From positions 1 through 25,978 of IMG/VR virus record IMGVR_UViG_3300017909_001925: a DNA stretch of 25,978 bases, one strand, 5' to 3'. Shown here one piece after another: positions 8,264-13,241 of the stretch. Numbering within the stretch: the stretch's first letter is position 1; every line of letters starts with the position of its first letter. This DNA is from a virus. Its lineage: Duplodnaviria; Caudoviricetes. Both the position numbers and the translations under genes were made by a program. The notes below the pieces were generated by a model, which saw only the letters and a list, made by a program, of their open reading frames with translations, ran no database searches and was not told the DNA's origin.

Positions 8264-8692
8264 TTAGAATGGAACATAGTCCTCATCCTCACTGAAAACA
8301 TTATCTGCCTCATCTTTTACTTCTTTGGGTGGGTTGAACATGTCATCCCATTCATCCTTAGTAAGTAAAGTCATAGCCTCTGATATTGTTATGAAGTGTT
8401 TGTCCTTTGGGTTTCCACAATCTGCATCATCGAAACTTGAACCAAAGTTTTGCTTTGCTGTAACACTGGCGTTTTTCATGCGAATATCTCTGAAGAACAA
8501 TGTCTTGTCCTCAATGTCATCAACATGCAACACCTCAATATTGTCACTGTATTTAGTTTCGATATTGATTCCGATATGCGCTTGAAGTTTCTTGAACTTA
8601 ACAAGAACATCATCTTGTGATTCAGCATCCACAATATGCACCTCTGTAAAGTGAGAGAATAAGCACTTTGCTAATACTATGTATTTTTCCAT
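8264..8692 (-). CDS. Hypothetical early protein with acidic C-terminal tail (...EDEDYVPF)
   Basis: 142 aa; SD AAGGAGGCA. Confidence 0.8.
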   Translation of the reverse strand: MEKYIVLAKCLFSHFTEVHIVDAESQDDVLVKFKKLQAHIGINIETKYSDNIEVLHVDDIEDKTLFFRDIRMKNASVTAKQNFGSSFDDADCGNPKDKHFITISEAMTLLTKDEWDDMFNPPKEVKDEADNVFSEDEDYVPF

Positions 8693-8763
8693 TATGCCTC
8701 CTTAAATAGTGATACTATAAGTATCTTTGACTACTCATTGTTTAAACAAGTAGTCTAAGATAA

Positions 8764-9435
8764 TTACTGATAATCTGCTCGTAACCTCTCAGGAAGCTCA
8801 ACAACTGTCGAACTACCACAAGCTGGGCATCTGAAGTTATCACCAACTTTTTTGTATTGGGCGTATGATACTCTAACTATCAATCCCCATCCTTGCGCAA
8901 CACTTCTGTCGCTAGAACCTATACAAGCCTCTGCACCAGTACATCGCACTGCAACTGAGGTTGAACCAGCACCTTCTGATTCCTTCATCTTGGCGTGAGG
9001 TAAATAACCTAACTCTTTGATAAAGTCTTGAATCATAAGGGTGAATCGTGGTCCAGCAACTGTCGCTGTTGGTTTGCCTTCAGCACCTAAGTAATTTTTG
9101 ATTACTCTTGAGAATTTTGGTCCATGCTTTGCATCAGATGGTAAGACTGCGTGTGTAACTTCGTGGGCTACAACTTGGGCTGTCTCGATACATTCTGCTA
9201 GGTTACTTGCACCTAATGTAGGTTTGATAAAGATTTCTCTGAATCCACCTTGTGAAGAATTCTCGTAGTGACATACTCCAATAGCATTACCATTACCTTT
9301 TGGCATAAATCCAATCGATAATCTGATTTGCTCTCTCGGAACAACTGGCACGAACTCAAGCGAAATTTTATCGTAAATAAAATCTGCTATTTTGTTTAAC
9401 CAATCTTCTCGGTTACCTTCGAATATTTTATCCAT
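8764..9435 (-). CDS. SprT-like zinc metallopeptidase with C-terminal Zn-binding motif
   Basis: VAHEVTH (HExxH) followed by HGPKF, preceded by AIGVC; C-terminal CxxxxxC...CPAC. SD AGGAGGCA. Confidence 0.75.
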   Translation of the reverse strand: MDKIFEGNREDWLNKIADFIYDKISLEFVPVVPREQIRLSIGFMPKGNGNAIGVCHYENSSQGGFREIFIKPTLGASNLAECIETAQVVAHEVTHAVLPSDAKHGPKFSRVIKNYLGAEGKPTATVAGPRFTLMIQDFIKELGYLPHAKMKESEGAGSTSVAVRCTGAEACIGSSDRSVAQGWGLIVRVSYAQYKKVGDNFRCPACGSSTVVELPERLRADYQ

Positions 9436-9465
9436 TTTTTGCCTCCTAATTATTGTGTTGTGATA

Positions 9466-9494
9466 ACCATACTATAGTTAACAACTGTTGTCAA
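9466..9494 (-). promoter_or_regulatory. Sigma70/SigA-type early promoter TTGACA-N17-TATGGT
   Basis: Consensus -35 at 9494-9489 and -10 at 9471-9466. Shares TAGTTGACAA and TAGTATRGTTA context with the 10726-10753 promoter. Confidence 0.75.
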
Positions 9495-9546
9495 CTATTT
9501 ATAATTACCTATCTACTCACTGTTTAAACAATGAGTAGTTAGCTAA

Positions 9547-9834
9547 TTAGTTATGATTTATGTATGAGGGTGAAACTCTATATTTTCTGCCTTCGAATTC
9601 ACCAGTCAATACAACTCCAATAGTTTTTGTATTTACTTTTTCTACGATTGCTGGATATAGTTTTCCACTTTTGAAAGTAACAACAACTTGGTCACCTTTT
9701 TTATAATTGGTGATTTCTGCTTTTGTATTTTCATCCCATTTCTTTTTCATAGCTTTCCATACTTCTCTTAAATCATCGTTATTATCAATTAATTCAATCG
9801 ATGCTTTCGCTATGATTACATTATCATTTTCCAT
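9547..9834 (-). CDS. Small protein with SH3/KOW-like beta-barrel
   Basis: KGDQVVVTF...YPAIVEKVNTKTIGV...KYRVSPSYI pattern; SD AGGAGGCA. Confidence 0.7.
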   Translation of the reverse strand: MENDNVIIAKASIELIDNNDDLREVWKAMKKKWDENTKAEITNYKKGDQVVVTFKSGKLYPAIVEKVNTKTIGVVLTGEFEGRKYRVSPSYINHN

Positions 9835-9906
9835 TTTTGCCTCCTATAATCTTGGTAATTATTTAATTACCTTTGAGGATGCTTGTTTAAACATCCTCTA
9901 AGCTAA

Positions 9907-10194
9907 TTAAATGTTTTTGCAATAATCCCAGTCTGATTCAATCTTTTGTTGTTTTCTTACTGAAGTTATTACTCTGTTTAGAGTGTGAAAGTTAGAATCT
10001 TCCAATGCTAATTGACAAATATCTAAAATATCTGCGCCATCCCATTCGAAATTATTAGAAATAAAATCGGCTAGTAACCTTTTCTTTTTCTCTTTAAATT
10101 CTTTTTCCTCTTTCTCTAAAACTAATTCTTTCTCAGTCTTAGGAATTTGAAATTCCTCATTAAGTTGATTTACAACTTCGCTAAGTTTTGCCAT
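9907..10194 (-). CDS. First early gene, hypothetical (start revised to ATG 10194, MAKLSEVV...)
   Basis: SD GAGGAGGCA at 10201-10209 supports the internal Met. Confidence 0.75.
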   Translation of the reverse strand: MAKLSEVVNQLNEEFQIPKTEKELVLEKEEKEFKEKKKRLLADFISNNFEWDGADILDICQLALEDSNFHTLNRVITSVRKQQKIESDWDYCKNI

Positions 10195-10220
10195 TTTTTT
10201 TGCCTCCTCTTTTTTATAAA

Positions 10221-10316
10221 TAGCTTGATGCATACAATGGGGCTAATGTTATAGGTTTACCACACCTAAACTTGATTGGTAGCTAATTCCAACCAGCGCT
10301 TATATACATCAAGCTA
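10221..10316 (-). ncRNA. Stem-closed multibranch RNA domain
   Basis: 14-bp closing stem 10221-10234/10303-10316 (one G-U on the - strand) enclosing two hairpins. Same GGUAGCUUG/CAAGCUA ends as the 7909 and 8086 units. Confidence 0.6.
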
Positions 10317-10324
10317 CCTACTAA

Positions 10325-10720
10325 AAGGGGGCTAAATGAATTATGCGCACCTCTCTCAATGTGACTCTTGCGTAAACTTGGCTCAATATCGTGGAACATT
10401 TTAGATGTTAGGTTGATACTATCGCTGTAACTTTTTACCTATTTTCTTGAGTTTCGTTAGCTTGAATTTTTCGCTGGTGAGGTTGTTTTATGTGTTACCA
10501 CCAATCTCATTTCTGAGAGAGTGTAAGCCCTTATGTTTTGGGGGCGTTTCTTTGTCCACTCTTGAAAATCATTTTGGTTTTGCCATTTCGGTCTAATTTC
10601 CCCTTGTGATTTCGTACTTGACTCGCTCACTTTCTTGAGGCTATTTTTTGAGAGTCTCAAGACCTCTCTATTGTGTTTTGAATCTCTTGAGAATCTTTGT
10701 CTTTCTCAGTCTTGATTCAG
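10325..10720 (-). ncRNA. Long structured 5' leader or ncRNA of the early transcript
   Basis: About 400 nt after the promoter without an SD-supported ORF. UCUCA-GAAA-UGAGA hairpin at 10505-10518; seven UCAAG pentamers. Confidence 0.5.
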
Positions 10721-10725
10721 TATTA

Positions 10726-10753
10726 ACTATACTACGATTATTTTATTTGTCAA
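10726..10753 (-). promoter_or_regulatory. Major early promoter TTGACA-N16-TATAGT
   Basis: Consensus -35 at 10753-10748, -10 at 10731-10726, AT-rich upstream region. Confidence 0.7.
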
Positions 10754-11420
10754 CTACTATTGAAAATAATTTAAAAAAAATATTCAATGTTTATGGGGGT
10801 TTTTCAGGGGGTCAAAAAAAATATTTATTTACTAGAAAAATCTTGTCAATTTTGGGGGGTGAAGATGGTTGGAATAATTTTAGCTGGGGGTTAGTCAACT
10901 TAACCTTTCTTTGTTTCTGTTTAATTTACTAGTATATGTTTTCTAGAAGTTGTTATTTTATTACCAAAGTTTACCAATATTAGGTTATTTCTATGACATA
11001 CAAGATGTTGTGTATAGGTGTAGATAAACAATATATAGTAGGGTAGGGGTTAAATGTGACACGCCACTTATGTATATGTGTGTCCTCTAAATATATGCTG
11101 TTAACTCTAAGTTAGCCCACCTGTTTATATCTTATTTATTGTTACTGGATTAAGTATTTTCACAAGTAAAGGACTATGTGAATTATATTTCACAATGTCT
11201 TAAGTTTGTGATATTAGTACAACTTACCCTGTGTCATCCCTCCCAACCGATAACAAATCTGTTTATGACTTATTTAAATATTATGAAGTAATAGCCTTTA
11301 ACGCTAGTTACCATGGTCAGGCAAGTCCACTTATTGAAGTTTTTATCTGATAGATTCTTTCTAAGTGCCTGGAGTCTATCGTGTTTGTTTTTCTACTATA
11401 CCATAAAAATATTTTATGTG

Positions 11421-11470
11421 GGGATTTTCAAGTGACTTATTAAGGAGGCAAAATAAGTATTAAAAATCCC
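11421..11470. other. Orphan hairpin with AAGGAGGCAA/TTGCCTCCTT loop
   Basis: Stems 11421-11428/11463-11470 and 11435-11441/11452-11458; loop 11442-11451. Confidence 0.6.
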
Positions 11471-11485
11471 TATATAAGTCTAGTA

Positions 11486-11497
11486 TGTGCTATAGTG
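11486..11497 (+). promoter_or_regulatory. Extended -10 promoter TGTGCTATAGTG
   Basis: TGnTATAGT; 11/12 identical to the element at 11835-11846. Confidence 0.5.
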
Positions 11498-11809
11498 GAT
11501 TAGATGGTTTTCATAACCCTTTATTCATTAAAGACATGATTGCCCTTTCTATTGTGTATGCGTGAGGGTGTGCCAGGCAACTGATGCACCCAATCGTATT
11601 ATAAAAATAACCTCAGACAAAAAAATTTTTTTTTACGCCACAATATTTATTTATATATATACTGGTATTACTTAGGGTGGTCCTAAGTATCGTATAGGGG
11701 TATACGATTAGAAAAAAGAAAGAATGCTTATCATATAGGACATTTGTGATTCTGTAAGATGTAAGTGTATTTCGTTTTTTTTCATAAACAGTTTGGACAC
11801 TGTATACAA

Positions 11810-11837
11810 ACAGAACTCCACTTCGGTGGAGTTTTGT
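11810..11837 (+). terminator. Intrinsic-terminator-like hairpin with C(UUCG)G tetraloop
   Basis: ACAGAACTCCAC-TTCG-GTGGAGTTTTGT; possibly bidirectional. Confidence 0.6.
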
Positions 11838-11846
11838 GTTATAGTG
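11835..11846 (+). promoter_or_regulatory. Extended -10 promoter TGTGTTATAGTG for the late/packaging operon
   Basis: TGnTATAGT; ATG 11853 is 8 nt downstream, consistent with a leaderless start. Confidence 0.55.
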
Positions 11847-11852
11847 ATGATT

Positions 11853-11918
11853 ATGAAAATGTATAAAAACAAAAAGAAAAAATCTAAAGGCAAAGGCAAA
11901 AAGAAACTAGGTTACTAA
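11853..11918 (+). CDS. 21-aa Lys-rich micro-protein (MKMYKNKKKKSKGKGKKKLGY)
   Basis: Hand-translated. TAATG coupling to the next ORF. Confidence 0.6.
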   Translation: MKMYKNKKKKSKGKGKKKLGY

Positions 11919-12043
11919 TGCCTTATAAAGATTATTCAGCAAAACAAAAGAAACTAGCTGCTGTAGCACCACCTTTTAAAAAGATTACTGCTGCAGATTT
12001 TAAAAAGCTAAGAGATGGCAAACGCAGACCAAAAAAAACATAA
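11918..12043 (+). CDS. 41-aa basic micro-protein (MPYKDYSAKQKKLAAVAPPFKKITAADFKKLR...)
   Basis: Hand-translated. TAATG overlaps at both ends. Confidence 0.7.
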   Translation: MPYKDYSAKQKKLAAVAPPFKKITAADFKKLRDGKRRPKKT

Positions 12044-12123
12044 TGGATGCTTTTATAGTATTTCTTATGTTTGTTCTTGTAAATGCGTGGGCATGGATTT
12101 TGATTAAGAAAGATAAAATATAA
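12043..12123 (+). CDS. 26-aa single-TM micro-protein (MDAFIVFLMFVLVNAWAWILIKKDKI)
   Basis: Hand-translated. TAATG overlaps at both ends. Confidence 0.65.
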   Translation: MDAFIVFLMFVLVNAWAWILIKKDKI

Positions 12124-12383
12124 TGGCAACATATCAAGGTAAAACAGTCACGCTTAATAAGCCTTCTAGGATAACTAAAGGTGAACCTGGTTATGGTAGA
12201 AAAAAATCTAAAGTCTATGTAAAAAATAAAAGTGGCAAAGTCATCAAAGTAATGTTTGGAGACCCTAACATGGAAATTAGAAAGGATAATCCTGAAGCAA
12301 GAAAATCTTTTAGAGCTAGACATAAATGCGATACAGCAACAGACAAGACTACACCTAGGTATTGGTCTTGCAAAGCGTGGTAA
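12123..12383 (+). CDS. Basic phage protein (DUF6321-like)
   Basis: FGDPNM...RKSFRARHKC...YWSCKAW motif recalled from marine phage proteins. Confidence 0.75.
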   Translation: MATYQGKTVTLNKPSRITKGEPGYGRKKSKVYVKNKSGKVIKVMFGDPNMEIRKDNPEARKSFRARHKCDTATDKTTPRYWSCKAW

Positions 12384-12386
12384 ACT

Positions 12387-12560
12387 ATGAAAATAAAAGG
12401 CGTAGATGTTTCTAAATTAACAAAGAGACAACAAGATGCGATGAAGAAACACTCAAAGCATCACACAAAAAAACACATGCAGTACATGTACAACTCTATG
12501 GTAAGAGGTAACTCTTTCAGTAAAGCACATGTCAATGCACAGAAGAATGTAGGTAGATAA
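12387..12560 (+). CDS. 57-aa basic His-rich protein (MKIKGVDVSKLTKRQQDAMKKHSKHHTKKHM...)
   Basis: Hand-translated. TAATG overlap with the next gene. Confidence 0.7.
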   Translation: MKIKGVDVSKLTKRQQDAMKKHSKHHTKKHMQYMYNSMVRGNSFSKAHVNAQKNVGR

Positions 12561-12778
12561 TGGCTATACCAGCATCGGCACAAAAATCATTAAGAGAAAA
12601 AGCTAAAAAATCAAAATACACTTATGGACAACTTGCACAAGTGTACAGAAGAGGACAAGGTGCTTATGTATCTTCAGGTTCTCGTAATGTATCTATGGCA
12701 GCTTGGGCTATGGGTAGAGTAAACAGTTTTATAAGAGGTGGACACTCACAAGATAACGACATAAAGAAGAAAAAATAA
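12560..12778 (+). CDS. Basic phage protein (DUF5824-like)
   Basis: L-x-x-VYRRG-x-GAY...W-A-x-GRVNSFI motif, family assignment from memory. Confidence 0.7.
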   Translation: MAIPASAQKSLREKAKKSKYTYGQLAQVYRRGQGAYVSSGSRNVSMAAWAMGRVNSFIRGGHSQDNDIKKKK

Positions 12779-12897
12779 TGGCACAGGTTAGTTGGATGTG
12801 GGGTGGCAAAAGACATTATGGAACTCTTATTAGAGAAACTAAAACACATAAGTTTGCTAGGACCAAAAATGGGAAAATTAAAAAAATCAAAAAATGA
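12778..12897 (+). CDS. 39-aa basic beta-rich micro-protein (MAQVSWMWGGKRHYGTLIRETKTHKFARTKNGKIKKIKK)
   Basis: Hand-translated. TAATG coupling. Confidence 0.65.
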   Translation: MAQVSWMWGGKRHYGTLIRETKTHKFARTKNGKIKKIKK

Positions 12898-12949
12898 TAA
12901 ATCTAAAAAAGAGTATGCAGGTAATCCTAATTGGGCAGGAGATGATTGA
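12869..12949 (+). CDS. 26-aa micro-protein (MGKLKKSKNDKSKKEYAGNPNWAGDD)
   Basis: Hand-translated. Ends in a TGATG overlap with the next ORF; start uncertain. Confidence 0.45.
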   Translation: MGKLKKSKNDKSKKEYAGNPNWAGDD

Positions 12950-13143
12950 TGAGTAGAAGAACACAACCTTATAGATATGGTGTACCTGCAAAGTATTTAT
13001 CAGGTATGTCTGATGCAGAAGCAAAGAAGAGAGCAGCCGAAATAAAAAGAACACAGAAAGCGTATAGAGCAGGTAAAAAAGTAAATATTGCTGCTGTATC
13101 TAAATCAAGAGCAAAGAGTGGAAGAAGAAACAAGATTACTTGA
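12949..13143 (+). CDS. 64-aa basic protein (start revised to ATG 12949)
   Basis: MSRRTQPYRYGVPAKYLSG...; TGATG coupling. Confidence 0.7.
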   Translation: MSRRTQPYRYGVPAKYLSGMSDAEAKKRAAEIKRTQKAYRAGKKVNIAAVSKSRAKSGRRNKIT

Positions 13144-13241
13144 AAGTTGGATGCCCTCGTTGTGGGGAACATTTAGTTTACAATAATGACAAGCAGAAAA
13201 TGGCTTGTTTAAACAAGGAGTGTGAACACTACAGAAAATGA
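13140..13241 (+). CDS. 33-aa Zn-finger micro-protein (MKVGCPRCGEHLVYNNDKQKMACLNKECEHYRK)
   Basis: Hand-translated. TTGA overlap upstream and ATGA overlap with terminase; CxxC...CxxxxC. Confidence 0.65.
   Translation: MKVGCPRCGEHLVYNNDKQKMACLNKECEHYRK

Larger units (their letters stand above)
7117..9909 (-). repeat. Family of post-stop intergenic hairpins (stop-TTAGCT-stem-TGTTTAAACA-stem-GGTAATTA)
   Basis: Related elements at 9864-9909, 9502-9549, 8718-8766, 8229-8258 and 7474-7520, plus a core-less variant at 7117-7170. Stem arms differ in sequence but stay complementary. Confidence 0.8.
1413..13215. repeat. Dispersed palindrome TGTTTAAACA (consensus YTGTTTAAACAR), 14 copies
   Basis: Exact 10-mer starts at 1413, 2213, 3072, 3645, 4797, 5846, 6552, 7045, 7493, 8239, 8739, 9521, 9884 and 13206. 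None seen after 13215. Confidence 0.92.

Noticed and set aside
6552-9909. CRISPR array interpretation of the repeated palindromic hairpins
   Set aside because: Spacing is hundreds of bp and contains genes, only a 10-bp core is identical, and no cas genes are visible.
6798-10316. Known self-cleaving ribozymes (hammerhead, pistol, twister) in the structured units
   Set aside because: Only fragments such as UUGAUGAG or UAAGCG are present and I could not assemble a full catalytic core by eye; an Infernal search is needed.
10239-10345. GGGGCTAA starts resembling a tmRNA or tRNA-Ala 5' end on +
   Set aside because: No matching T-arm (GTTCGA) or CCA acceptor end found, and G-U evidence favours the - strand.
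11177-11194. Canonical CRP or Rex site
   Set aside because: The spacer between TGTGA and TCACA is 8 bp rather than 6.
10648-12323. Track ORFs 10648..10932, 11708..11899, 11932..12132 and 12000..12323
   Set aside because: Phe/Leu-rich low-complexity translations of AT-rich or antisense sequence with no SD; they overlap promoters or the coupled + strand micro-ORFs.
1413-13215. GTTTAAAC as PmeI cloning scars or an assembly artefact
   Set aside because: Sites lie in frame within intact genes and within covarying hairpins, with conserved flanks beyond the 8-mer.
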